From: Thecamonas trahens ATCC 50062
Taxonomy: Eukaryota; Protista; Apusomonadida
Assembly: GCF_000142905.1 (NCBI RefSeq)
Contig: NW_013657615.1
Coordinates: 1 to 64,000, forward strand
Reading direction: 5' to 3'
DNA length: 64,000 bases
Under the pieces are notes generated by a model, which was not told where the DNA came from, searched no databases, and saw only the letters and a list, made by a program, of their open reading frames with translations. The position numbers were made by a program, and so were the translations under genes. Below are positions 24,140-35,300 of the stretch, one piece after another. The number at the start of each line of letters is the position of its first letter. Position 1 is the first letter of the stretch.

Positions 24140-26374
24140 ATGTGGGTAGCCCGACGAACCGCAGCTGGCGGCCCGCGGCTACGAGTGCTCGCCGCGGGCG
24201 TGTGGCCGGGCCGGACGAAGGTTACGACGAGTACGACAGGAACGACGACAGGGATGGCTGGGACGATGATGGGCATGACAAGGACGACAACGAGCACGAC
24301 GGAGACGATGGAAGGGTCTTCAGGGACGACAGGAACGACGGCAGGGACGACGGCGACGACGGGGATGACGACAGCGGCGACGGTGACGATGGGGACGACG
24401 GCGACGGCGACGACTTGTGCCACCTCTGCCTCTTGCTCTTCTTCCTCCTCCCATCATGGAGAGCGCGTTCCGCTGGGCCTGGCAGTGTCGACGGCACGGC
24501 TCGCGCGGGCAGGGCGTGTGCGGGATGCGTTGGCTGAGCTCGACGCGGCCGGCGGCATAGTGGCGCCCAAGGCACGGGCGGTGGTGGCTGGCAAGCTGCT
24601 GGCGGTGCTGGGAAGGGCAGGCAAGGTTCATACCATGACATCGCTTCTGGCGCGGAGGTGGATCGCTCTGGATCTGCCGCACCTCGTCGAGCTGTTCCTC
24701 CTTGCCCGCCCGGGTCCGGGCAAGCCTCGTGCCGTCTCGGCCTACTTTGAGTCGGTCCTCCTCCCACAGCTCGCTGCCGCTCATCGCCCGCCCGATTCCG
24801 ACGCCGACGGCTCTGCCGCTGACGGCTCTGCCGTCGATGTTGTTTTGGCAGGCGGCCAGAAGGAGATCGAAGCGGCGGCGGCGGCGGCAGCAGCAGCGGC
24901 AGCAGCAGCTACGCCCGGAACCGGCACCGGTGCGGGCTTTATGGATGCTCTCATTTCGGCTGCGCTCGATGCGCATGATGCGCTGCTGCCGCACCTGCAC
25001 GCGTTGGTGCGGACATACGCCGAAGTGGCGCCGGACCTTGCGCGGCATGGGACATACCTGCACACTGCAGCGTGGCTGCTGAAGACCGCGCAGCTAGTCC
25101 TGCCGCCAGATGTGGCGCTGCCCTCGCTCCCACCACTCATCTCAATCCTGCGACGGACGCCGGCGCAGGAGCTCGAGGTCGTCGACGCCGTCGTGGCTGT
25201 GGCGCGCGACCACCCGGGGCTGACGTGCTCGCCTGACGCCGCCAGGCTGATGGACCGTGCTGGGTATCTCATTGGCCTTGGTGGCTCGCCGGACCGTGTC
25301 TTTGCCTTTGGGCTCTCTGTACCCCGGCCGCATCTGCCTGCTGTCTTCTATTCGGTCCTCACTTCGCTGGTCCGAGCCGAGTCGCTCGATCTTGCGGCTC
25401 AGTTTTACACAGAGGCCCGCAGCGCGGCGCCGCTGGACACACTCTCGGTGGCAGCGCTGCGGCACTACTTCCACGCGCTGGTGCGGTCGAACGCTCTTGT
25501 GCCTGCCATGGAGGTCTACGACGCGATGCGGGCGCACCCTGCAGCCAAGCCGTCTTGGCATCTGCCTGCGGCGCTACTGCGCAAGTCGCCGACCTCGGCG
25601 TTTGTTCGCGGCCACGTGTGCTCACTGTGGAGCCACGTGAGTGACGATGGACTTGCTGCCCATCTTCCAGCGAGCGTGTACGCCTCATTCCTCCACGCGT
25701 GCGCCCTCGAGCTGGCGTCGGCGCCTAGCAAGGCCGCCGATGTGGCGGCGACGGTCGACGCCATCCTCCACGCCGCGCCGGAATCCGAGTGTCTGCCCGA
25801 GGCTGCGCTCGGCGCGCTGGCGGCTGCGGCGCCGGCCGACTCGCCGGTCGCGGTGCTGGCGACTGCGACGGCGGCAGAGCTCCATGGCGAGGTCGGGCCC
25901 GAATGGGTCGAGGGCCAGCTTCGGCTGCTGCTCGAGAGCGACCAGGTTGGCGCGCCGTTTGCCGGAGCGGTCGGCACCATGCTTCGCCAGCGTATCCGGC
26001 CGACAGTCCGCATTGCCCAGCTCATGCTGCGGGCGGTCAAGCGGCTAGCGTTTGCCGACAACCCCAACGGGCCGTCGCCGCGGGTTCTCCTCGAGTCGTA
26101 CGCCCAGCTCTGCCTCGCGGCGCGGTTGGCGTTGCCGACCTCGACCCTCTCTGCCGCCGCCTCGCTGTACATGCAGCTCGACATGGCGCCACAGGGCTTG
26201 CTCTTCCTTGCGCACGCCTGTCACCCCGCGCTGCCACAGGCTGCCGTCCGCGCCCTCGTCGCGCGCGCCGGCCGCGACGGCGCCCAGCCGGCTGCCGCTC
26301 TGCTTGCCGCCCGTGCTGACCTGACGGTGCCGACCCGCGACGCCCTCGCCGCTGCTGCTGCTGCAATGGTCTAG
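24140..26374 (+). CDS. PPR-like helical repeat protein, probably mitochondrial
   Basis: Arg-rich, acid-free N-terminus; PPR-like units FYSVLTSLVRAESLDLAAQFYTEA, YFHALVRSNALVPAMEVYDAM and VYASFLHACA. Confidence 0.65.
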   Translation: MWVARRTAAGGPRLRVLAAGVWPGRTKVTTSTTGTTTGMAGTMMGMTRTTTSTTETMEGSSGTTGTTAGTTATTGMTTAATVTMGTTATATTCATSASCSSSSSHHGERVPLGLAVSTARLARAGRVRDALAELDAAGGIVAPKARAVVAGKLLAVLGRAGKVHTMTSLLARRWIALDLPHLVELFLLARPGPGKPRAVSAYFESVLLPQLAAAHRPPDSDADGSAADGSAVDVVLAGGQKEIEAAAAAAAAAAAAATPGTGTGAGFMDALISAALDAHDALLPHLHALVRTYAEVAPDLARHGTYLHTAAWLLKTAQLVLPPDVALPSLPPLISILRRTPAQELEVVDAVVAVARDHPGLTCSPDAARLMDRAGYLIGLGGSPDRVFAFGLSVPRPHLPAVFYSVLTSLVRAESLDLAAQFYTEARSAAPLDTLSVAALRHYFHALVRSNALVPAMEVYDAMRAHPAAKPSWHLPAALLRKSPTSAFVRGHVCSLWSHVSDDGLAAHLPASVYASFLHACALELASAPSKAADVAATVDAILHAAPESECLPEAALGALAAAAPADSPVAVLATATAAELHGEVGPEWVEGQLRLLLESDQVGAPFAGAVGTMLRQRIRPTVRIAQLMLRAVKRLAFADNPNGPSPRVLLESYAQLCLAARLALPTSTLSAAASLYMQLDMAPQGLLFLAHACHPALPQAAVRALVARAGRDGAQPAAALLAARADLTVPTRDALAAAAAAMV

Positions 26375-26378
26375 TCCT

Positions 26379-27716
26379 CTAGCTCCAGTTAATGCTCCAG
26401 TCTGAGGACAAGCTGGACGAGCTTGACGAGCTTGACGAGCTCGAGCGCGAGCGCGAGCGCGAGGTAAACAGGTGCCGCTTCTTGGGACGAAGCGGACGGT
26501 GCTGCTTGAGGTACGAGCGGGTGGCGTGGATGTTGCGGAGCGAGGCCTTGGCAAACGCCGTTAGCTGCGGCGAGCGCAGGAAGAACGAGCACGATCGAAT
26601 GAAGAGGGCAAGGGCGGCAAGGACCGTCATGGACGCCGCGACGTCGCCCATGCGGAAGAAAACCACCGCGCGGAGGAACCGGATGTGGACGCGAAGAATA
26701 AAGGCGACCGGCGAGTCGGTAGCGAGAGTGGCGAGCCCAGACGCTACCCGCGTGTCGTCGTCCGACTTGTCCCCTCTGGGACGAGTGTCGATCACAGGCG
26801 GCGCCGAGCCCGAGCGCGGCGAGTCCGAGGCGAGCACCGACGATGACGAGTAGGCCAGCGAAGAGGCCTCGTCGAGAGCCGTGTACGAAGCTGTGGGGAG
26901 CCAGTGCTCCAGGACCTGGGCGGCGACGAGAGCCTCGGCCACCATGCCGAGTTCGGCATAGACCCGAGCACGAACAAACTCGGCAGGAACAAAGCCGAGA
27001 GTGTTGGCCGACTCTGCATCGCCAAGCGCTGCGCCCATGAGGCTGGACCACTCGTTGAGGGAGGCGCCCCGGAGCCGCGAGCACGAGGCAGCTACCTTGC
27101 GTGCCTTTCTCAGCATCAGCCGCGCCCGATAGTACAACCCGCGTCCAAGCACAAGCGGCCGCCTTGCCGCCTTGATCCACCGTTCCACTGTCTTCAGCTC
27201 GAGCGCCGCATCGTCCACCATCAGGACCTCGATGCTGCTCATCGCTCCTCCATCGGCCGACCACGACGAGCGGTCGCGCAGCGACGGCGACTGCGACGAT
27301 GGTGAGCCTGAGCTTGAGCCTGAGCCTGATCCCGAGCCTGAGTCTGAGTCAAAGCTATCGATCCAAGTGTACGTAGTGGCGTCGTCGTCAGAGGAGCGTG
27401 TGGTGTCGTCGCTCGAGGCGCTGATTTCGTCGTCAGAGAGCGAGTCGAGATGGCAGTGCTTCTCGGGCGGGGATAGCGGGATGGCGCAGCCAAAGAGGTA
27501 GCAGCAGACATATCTCCGCCAGGCAGCCGAGTCTTCCATGCCATGGATGTGGCAGCAGCCAGCGGTAGCCTCTGCCCGCCGCTGACTCGCGGCCTCCGAG
27601 TTGGCCTGCCGCCGAGCGATGGCATACCGCACCACACCACCAGCAACCTCCCGAGGCACTCCACGGACTGCAAGCTCCTCCCGCCACTCCTCGCCGGCTG
27701 CTTCAACTCCATCCAT
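26379..27716 (-). CDS. Hypothetical protein with TPR-like helices and Ser-rich linkers
   Basis: 445-aa ORF; TPR-like LYYRARLM, FVRARVYAELGMVAEAL and FLRAVVFFRMGDVAAS. Confidence 0.55.
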   Translation of the reverse strand: MDGVEAAGEEWREELAVRGVPREVAGGVVRYAIARRQANSEAASQRRAEATAGCCHIHGMEDSAAWRRYVCCYLFGCAIPLSPPEKHCHLDSLSDDEISASSDDTTRSSDDDATTYTWIDSFDSDSGSGSGSGSSSGSPSSQSPSLRDRSSWSADGGAMSSIEVLMVDDAALELKTVERWIKAARRPLVLGRGLYYRARLMLRKARKVAASCSRLRGASLNEWSSLMGAALGDAESANTLGFVPAEFVRARVYAELGMVAEALVAAQVLEHWLPTASYTALDEASSLAYSSSSVLASDSPRSGSAPPVIDTRPRGDKSDDDTRVASGLATLATDSPVAFILRVHIRFLRAVVFFRMGDVAASMTVLAALALFIRSCSFFLRSPQLTAFAKASLRNIHATRSYLKQHRPLRPKKRHLFTSRSRSRSSSSSSSSSSSLSSDWSINWS

Positions 27717-27844
27717 CCCTGCTCTGCTGGCGTCGAGTCTGCTCCCTCCTCAATGCTTCCAGTGAGCCATGGCTGGCGGAGCGAGTGGAAGGGCGGGGCG
27801 AGCCGTCGGGCGGGTGAACGAGCGGGTTGGCAACCCACGCGCCG

Positions 27845-28082
27845 CAACCTGTCGGCTGCAACCTGCCGACCGACCACTAACTGACCGATCACTAACCGAC
27901 CGACGACCTGTCGGCCGCAACCTGCCGACCACTAACTGACCGATCACTAGCTGACCGATCACTAACCGACCGACGACCTGCCGGCTGCAACCTGCCGGCT
28001 GCAACCTGCCGACCGACCACTAACTGACCGATCACTAACCGACCGACGACCTGTCGGCCACAACCTGCCGACCGACCACTAG
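27845..28082. repeat. Composite minisatellite (~60-bp unit, about 4 copies)
   Basis: Unit acctgccgaccgaccactaactgaccgatcactaaccgaccgacgacctgtcggccgca. Confidence 0.9.
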
Positions 28083-29303
28083 CTGTGCTACCGCTGCCAG
28101 TGGGCAGCGTTGACGAATCGGACATGGCAAGCCAACGTAGTTTGCCGAGGTGACGAGCCCGATGGCGCCGATGCCGGCTGCGGGTGCAGCGCTCAACCCA
28201 CGCCACCATAGGAGGAAGTGATAGCGCGCAGCAGCAGTGTTGAGGACTTCGACGTCTTTGCGGGCGACTGTCTCACCTCTAGCCATAAGCGACATGCGCA
28301 CACCCCACCCCCGAGCCATGCCGATCCATCTCTTCATCATCCCTTACTCTACATCGAGCGGGGCGAACGAGTCAGCGAGTTGATGGCGAGTAGTGGTCAG
28401 CAAGTACTCAACCACTTTGGCCGGCAGGCTGTCGGTCGGCAGGTTGTGGCCGGCAGGTCTGCCGACGAGCCGGCTGCGGGTGGCGGGTTTGACTCGGCAG
28501 CGGGCTCGAGCCGGCCGTCGGTGTCGGAAGAATCGGGAACGGCAGGCCGCGTCACGCTCGAGCAGGTGACGGGCGCGCAAGTGGAGGCCGTGAGTAACTC
28601 GGTCGTCCAGGGGTGCAACCCGCTGTACAAGATCAAGAATGGCGCCGAATCGCGTCGATCTTCACCGAGTTTGACGCCGAGGTACGGGAGCGGGTGTGGA
28701 AGCGGGTCTTTTTTTTTTTGCTCACCGTATCGCGCAAACCTCTACGCCGAGTCATGGCGCCGGCGTGGCGGTCGCCTCAACAGTCACCTGTTCGTCAATC
28801 CTTCCTCCCCCCCCTCGCCAACCACCTTGCCCCGCACTCCGTTCGCCACCAGCAGAACCTTGTGGAGTGATACTGTCCTTCAAAAAAAAACACCTTCCAA
28901 TTTGCAAAGGCTTGCAGCTGTCACGCGTGGCCGTGAGCAGATCGGGGCACTTTGCAAGCTAAAAATTCTCTGCTGGCGTCAGAATCAAAGCACGCGCGCG
29001 CCTGCCCGTGGGCCTCCCCCCCCCCTCTCCTGCAGGTACCACGCGTAAGGTGTTTTTTGAGAAAAACACCCGACGCACCTTGGTTCATCAAAAGGCTGGA
29101 GGCTTATCAAGCCCCTGCCATTGCTGTTATCACTCTATTGGCGGATTGGTAGACGGTAGAGACTCTCTCTGGCCGTGCCTGCCTCCCTTCCCGCCGTCCG
29201 CAGTCCCCCTCCTAACCAATTATTGGAGAGCAGGACGGGATCCCTCGAGTGGAGCCCACCCCCCCCCCCCCCCCCCTTCGTCTCCCCCCTTTCTTTCGTC
29301 AAT

Positions 29304-32300
29304 ATGTCAGGGGAGAAGACAAGGCCTGGCTCGGGCATGTCAACCACAACAAGCAATGAGTGTGTGTCACATGCTGATGAAGATGGCCCACGACATGGTC
29401 AACGAGACGACCAAGGATATGGCCAACCAGTTGATGATCAGCAGCATCATGGTGTTCGCCACTATCATCGTGGGTCGTCACTAGAGAGCTCATCGTTTGC
29501 ATCGTCGTCATCTCTCGTTGATTGCAAGCTTGTTGATCGCGAGGATCAATCTTCTCGTGCTCATGCTCGCCGCAAACGTGCTGCTCGTCCTGCCGCTTCT
29601 GGTGCTGGTGCTGCTCGTCTGGTGGATGCCGAATGCAGCAGCGCAATGCTATCTCGCTCGCACCACCACGTCGTCATGTCAGACGGCGAGGAGCCGCTGT
29701 CGTTGTCGGCCACCGGGACCTCGTCGTCGCTCCCGCCGAGGCATACCTCACCTCGGATCCTTTCGCCACGGACGTCATCGACTCGCAGATCATCGACCAG
29801 CTACCACACTCTGCCGTTGAGTCCGCCAAGCCGTGTGTCATCGCTCGGGAGCGTTCCGCCACCGAGGACTGAATGCGGCTCCCCACCAAGCCACAGTCAT
29901 CGTACCTCGTCGTTCTCCTCGCCCGGGCGCCCGCCGACAAGCAGACCGCCCAGCTCGGGCGGCCCAAGTCGCCAGTCGTTGAAACTGCGATCCGACTCGA
30001 ACCCGCTCATCACTATGGCTGTGACCGGCAAGGCGTCGTCGTCGTCGTCGGCGCTCCGCACCACCTCGTCCTCTTACTATGCTACATCTACGACGATCGA
30101 AACCGAAACCAGGACCGCGACTGGGACCGAGACCGGAACCGGGACCGGAACCGGGACCAGGACCCGCTCGTCGAGCACTGCGCCGACTTCGCCATCGTCG
30201 GCCTCCCGCCCACTCGTACCCTCGGGAACGGGATTCACGTCCGGCACGCACTCGCGGACCACGTCTGACGTCCACTCGCGGACTACGTCTAGCCTGCACT
30301 CGCGAACCACGTCCGGCGTCCACTCACGAACCACGTCCGGCTTCCATTCGCGGAATACCTCGTGGCGGATGAACATGCCGGCGGTGAGCGAGGCCAAGCC
30401 GCTTGATAGCGTCGTCTCGCACCCGCGACTGGCCAAGTCATCGAGCGCCGCTGGTATGGCTGCGGACGACATGTCGCGGCCAACCTCGTCGCGCCCTACC
30501 ACCGGAACGGGCACCTCGTCTCTCTCCCGCGCAAAGTCGGACTCGGACCTGACGGGCGCCACGTCGGCCTCGGTCGGCGATGAGGCCGAACCGCCGCCAT
30601 TGGTCAAGCTTGCGTACGCGCCGTACTCGGCGCCCATTCCGGTCTCGACCTCTGTCCGGCGCGCTCGCCGCGAACAGGCGCTCCAGAATCAGGTGCGCTC
30701 GTTCCCCGAGTCGCTGCGGCCGCGGCAGGTCGCGTCGTTTGTGACTTCGTTTGAATCGCCGTCGTCGTCAGACATGCAGACGTCTGAGGACGTTCCATCG
30801 TCAGGCCTCGGCATTGTCAACCACCGCCTGCCAACGACCGCCTACCGCGCCGCCGCCCTGTCGTCTGCCAACATCGCGCGTGGCATAGGCGACCTTCACT
30901 CGGACCTCTCGTCGGCAACTTCGCTCTCGCATGACGACGCTGCTGGGGTTGCCTACATCACCTCGCACCCGGGCACCGCCATCTGCTCGTCAGGCTCAAC
31001 GTTCTCGCCGTATCTGCCCGATGCGCCTGTCGAAGAATTCTCGCTCGCCCAGGCCCGCATTCCGCCGCGCCGCGCGCTGCATGGACCGACCGACGAGCTC
31101 TCCCCACTTCCGTCGTCGCGGCTCTCGCTGCCGACCCCGCGGCGTCCACCACCCTCAGCCTCGGCTACCTTTGTCTCGCGGCTCTGCTGTCTTCCTCCTC
31201 TCGTTGCCTGGCCGCAGTTTGTTGGCGTCGCCCGCCCGTCTCACATCGTCATGGTCGGCCATTTGCTTCTTGTCATCGCCATGCTCGCCATCCATGGCGC
31301 GCTCACAGACATGCCGGAGGCCCACTCCATCCACGTTCTTTCCCACATCCTTGTCATCACAGCAGCGTTTGCGGTTGTCGCTGCAGGCGTCGCTATCCCC
31401 TTTCTCCCCGCCATGTCGGTCCGTATTCGGCTGGGTATCATGGTCGCCAATGCCCTGCTGTGGATGCTGGTGCTCTCGATCTCGGTCGGAATACTCGTCA
31501 CTGCCCATGTTCACCTCTCGTCGGCCAACTCGTCGGTTGTTGGCATCCTGGTTGTCGCGTGGATCGCCTTTGTTGTCACCTCGATCGGGTTTGTCTCTTG
31601 GCTCGCCGTATGGGCCGCCATGCTCTGGGACACGCCGTCACACCAGGTCTCGCCGCACACGTCGCCGCTGCAGTCATCGGGCAACGTTACTACGGTTATC
31701 GACCTTGCCGCCGGCGACGTTAGCTGGATCCCATCTACGACATCGTCGCCAGTACTTCCGCACTCGCGGCTCGACCACTCCAAGTCAGGCTACGGCCCGT
31801 CGCCGGTCGCGGTCGGCAAGGCCCTGCCGCACGGCGTTCCGCCGTCGGGCGAGGTCTCGCTCCCCACGTTGCTGGAGGATGACCTTGCCACTGCCACAGC
31901 TGGCGACCAGGAGCTCTCGGTCCTCGTCCCGCAAGCCGTCTTCCTCTCTTCCTCGTCAGCCGACGCCCTCTCGGACTCGGGCGACCGCGTCGAGACCTTC
32001 CATCCGCACACAGTCGTCCGCGCTTCGTCCTTGTTCCCGCACTACAGCCCCGACCCCAATGTGGTCAACTACGGGAGGGCCGTTGCTCGCGACATGCTGC
32101 ACAAGCATATCACCCGTCCGTTCCGCTCGGACCTCCGCACCAATGGAGCTCCGCTGATCGAGTGCTCGATGTGCTTCCGCTGCTACCAGCAGTCGGACCC
32201 TGTTTCCGTCCTCCGCGCCTGTCACCATCACTTTCATTTTGCCTGTATTTGGAGCCACGTTGCCCATCTTGCCGTTGGCGAGGGCATCAACTGTCCCATC

Positions 32301-32318
32301 TGCGAGGTTCCACTCTAG
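29304..32318 (+). CDS. Ser-rich, 4-TM protein with C-terminal RING-H2 (putative E3 ligase)
   Basis: CSMC...CHHHFHFACI...CPIC at the C-terminus; four hydrophobic segments; HSRTTS repeats at ~30248-30362. Confidence 0.8.
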   Translation: MSGEKTRPGSGMSTTTSNECVSHADEDGPRHGQRDDQGYGQPVDDQQHHGVRHYHRGSSLESSSFASSSSLVDCKLVDREDQSSRAHARRKRAARPAASGAGAARLVDAECSSAMLSRSHHHVVMSDGEEPLSLSATGTSSSLPPRHTSPRILSPRTSSTRRSSTSYHTLPLSPPSRVSSLGSVPPPRTECGSPPSHSHRTSSFSSPGRPPTSRPPSSGGPSRQSLKLRSDSNPLITMAVTGKASSSSSALRTTSSSYYATSTTIETETRTATGTETGTGTGTGTRTRSSSTAPTSPSSASRPLVPSGTGFTSGTHSRTTSDVHSRTTSSLHSRTTSGVHSRTTSGFHSRNTSWRMNMPAVSEAKPLDSVVSHPRLAKSSSAAGMAADDMSRPTSSRPTTGTGTSSLSRAKSDSDLTGATSASVGDEAEPPPLVKLAYAPYSAPIPVSTSVRRARREQALQNQVRSFPESLRPRQVASFVTSFESPSSSDMQTSEDVPSSGLGIVNHRLPTTAYRAAALSSANIARGIGDLHSDLSSATSLSHDDAAGVAYITSHPGTAICSSGSTFSPYLPDAPVEEFSLAQARIPPRRALHGPTDELSPLPSSRLSLPTPRRPPPSASATFVSRLCCLPPLVAWPQFVGVARPSHIVMVGHLLLVIAMLAIHGALTDMPEAHSIHVLSHILVITAAFAVVAAGVAIPFLPAMSVRIRLGIMVANALLWMLVLSISVGILVTAHVHLSSANSSVVGILVVAWIAFVVTSIGFVSWLAVWAAMLWDTPSHQVSPHTSPLQSSGNVTTVIDLAAGDVSWIPSTTSSPVLPHSRLDHSKSGYGPSPVAVGKALPHGVPPSGEVSLPTLLEDDLATATAGDQELSVLVPQAVFLSSSSADALSDSGDRVETFHPHTVVRASSLFPHYSPDPNVVNYGRAVARDMLHKHITRPFRSDLRTNGAPLIECSMCFRCYQQSDPVSVLRACHHHFHFACIWSHVAHLAVGEGINCPICEVPL

Positions 32319-32378
32319 CCATTCTGTCCTTTATCGTCGCGCGAAACTCTCTGCCCCTCTCACAATGAACAAAGCGCG

Positions 32379-35300
32379 TTATGACGACCAACCCACAGTT
32401 GGCTGCGTCGCGTCGCGCAGGCCGCGCGAGAGCCGGACTGCCATCGTACGGACCTGCCGCACGGCAATGGTCGTCACTTCGCGGCTTGCGGCGAGCCGCT
32501 GCTCGCGGAAAAACGCCGGTTCGAGTGCCACGCTCAGCCGCGGCGGGTCGAACTGCAACCGCTCGGCTCGCTGGTGCGTTGCGGCTACTGGTCTCTGCTC
32601 TGCATCGTCCGAGGCCGAGTCGAGGACCGACGAGTTGGCCCCCGACTCGTCGTCGAACCACGACGAGGTCGATCCGACTTGGACCGCGCCGTCGATGATT
32701 CCCAGGTCGTCGTCGTCATTGTCGCCGCTTGACTCGGACTCGACCCGCTGCGGAGTTACCGTTTCGAGCGTAGTTGTCGACGCTGAGATGGCTAGCCGAT
32801 CTGCGACAGAGATGCGAGCAGACGGCGAATGCATGTGGGGTGACGGGAGTGCCGCAAAGGAGCGCGAGCCGTGTGCTGACGAGCCAATGAGCGGGCCACC
32901 CGAGCCGAGACCGAGCGCCGGTGGCGGCGGGACAAAGCCCGGCGAAAGGTTGCCCGCGTTGGGATCGAGCTGGCGTAGCGCGTCTGGAATGATGAGAACC
33001 GAGAGTCTGCGCTTGGACTCGGAGACAATGTCGTGCGCCGAGACGTTGAGCGAGGCCGAGCGGGCCATGATCGACGAGCGCCTGTTTTTGCGCGAAGCAA
33101 TCGTGTTGAGGAGCGCGGCTGGCGAGGCCATGACTGCGGCGGAGAGCTGCGGCGAGTCGGGCGAGGTCTCGGACTCGTCTTCCGACTCGGCCGCCGACTC
33201 GGCCGCCGAGCCATCCCAAGAGTCGGAGCCGGACGCAGCGGTCGGTTCCCCGGCGAGTGACGAGCGCGACGTCCGGGTCAGCGAGTACTGGCTCAACTGC
33301 TGGGCCAGCGACCGCGGCGGGCTTGACAGTGGCGAGAGCGCAAGCGTGTCGCTATCGGGCAGCGAGCCATGCGACACAGCGGTGACGACCGACTGGTTGG
33401 TCGAGCTTGAGCTGGCAGACGAGTCCGAGTCCGAGCTGGAGTCTGAGTCCGAGTCCGAGCTGGCAGACTCGAGCGAGATGACGGTCGTCGTCGGCGGGAC
33501 TCGACGACGTGGCGGCAGCGAGCGGTTCCCGGCCTCAAATGAGGCTTCCCACAGCAGGGCTTCGGCTTCGTCGAGAACTTCGGGCGGAAATAGCGAGTCT
33601 GTGGCGCGGACTACAAGGTCGAGCTCGTGGTCACTGCGGCCGAGAAAGGCAGCAAGATCTGTGCTGTCGTCGTCTTCGCGGATGTCCGCGAGCGCGCGCG
33701 AGAGTGAAAAGCCACGGATCGAGGCAGCCGATGCTGCCGAGGAGCGACGGGAGCGGGCCGAGGACCGGCGGCGGTACTGGGTAGACGATCGCGACGCACC
33801 TGATCCGCGGCGGGAGCGAGTCAGCAGCGATGGGAGGCGAGAGAGGCGAGAGGCTTGCGGAGCACGAGCAACATGCTCGGATGGGCTCTCTTCGAGCATG
33901 GCCTCGACAAAGGCCTCGCACTCGGCGTCGGCGTCGGCATCGGTGGGCTCCGGGTTGCCGCCGCTGAGGGTGACCGAGTCTCCTGAGTACGGCTCCGAGT
34001 ATCCAGACACAAGCGAGTAGACCGAGGCGTCCGAGGCGTACTCGTAATCACTGGACAAGCTTGCGGCCGAGGTGCAGAGGGGTGGCGCCGGGCGGGACTT
34101 GCGGGTTCGGGTCACAGCCACCATGCCGGGCGGGATGGCAACGTGGGGTGGAGCAGACGAGGCCGGACCCTGATCGAGCGCACCGATGCGACGTAAGTAG
34201 CTAGCCATGGCGTCAAGGCGCGGCTGAGGGAAGATGAGGTGCTCCGGATCGACCGGGACGACCTTGGGCGAGAAGCCGCGGGCGGTGCAGAGGCAGGCGA
34301 GGTCGTGGAGGGTGTCGACGACGCGGACAATGTGCGCCTCAGCATAGAGGTCGTCAATGGCAAAGAGCGGATAGAGAAGCGTAGTCTTGGAGCACCGCGG
34401 GGCGGCGGCCTTACGCAGCCGCAGCGGGCTCCGCGAGCCACCAGCAGAGTGCGCTGACGCCACTGATCGCAGGCCGTAGTGGCGACAGAAGAGAAGAAAC
34501 AAGGCGATGTTGTGGCGGTGGTGGGCGACGGTGGCTGGGTGCAGGTAGGCGACCGGGCGGGCGCGAGCGGCGGCATGCTTGGCAAGCAGCGCATACCAGC
34601 CGGGCGCGATAGCCTCGACGAGGGCGACCAAGACCGTGCCGTCGCGAAGCGAGGCAGCAAGCGAGTCGGGCGCTAGAAGCTTGACACTGAGCACGGCCTG
34701 GAGCCAGCGAACAACCTGGTGCTGGCGTGCGAGGACGTTACGGGCAGCGGCTACACCGGGCGACCAGGCCGGCTGAGTAGCGTCAAAGGCAACCCAGGCG
34801 TCAGCAGCTCGGTCGACGGGAGGTGGCGTCGGTGGCGGGCTCGCAGCCTGGACCTGTGCTTGCGGTGAGAGCGAACGCACAGCAAGGCGCGAGATCTTAC
34901 CGCCAGACCGCTGCGCAGCCTCTGCAGCAGCGGCCGAAACGAGCGCTCTTGCGGGCGGCTGGTGCGGGGGTGGCGAGCTCGGTGACAGTGAGCTCGGCGG
35001 CGGGGGGTTGGGAGGTGGAGGCGAGGGCGGGGGGAGCGTCGGCGGGCGCGGCGGTGGGCGCTTATGCTTGTTGCCATGGCCGCTGCCGATCATGACAACG
35101 GATGTGATCGGGAGGCAAGGGAGAAGGCTCGGCAAGCTAGACGGGGATGATCCGTGGTCCCTCGCCCAGCTGCCCAGAACAAGGCAATGCGAGTGATGCT
35201 CGTTCCGTTGGGCGTCTTCTCTCAAACTAAGACCTTGACGACCATCACGACGACCATGATGATGATGGCGACAATCGTGATTGTGATTGTGATTGTGATT

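Noticed and set aside
28218-29048. 276-aa ORF
   Set aside because: Non-ATG start, homopolymer tracts, no codon bias or domain; likely intergenic.
32239-34020. Long antisense ORFs (also 44179-46350, 14906-17155, 6471-7859)
   Set aside because: Expected shadows of GC-rich coding sequence; no domains recognised.
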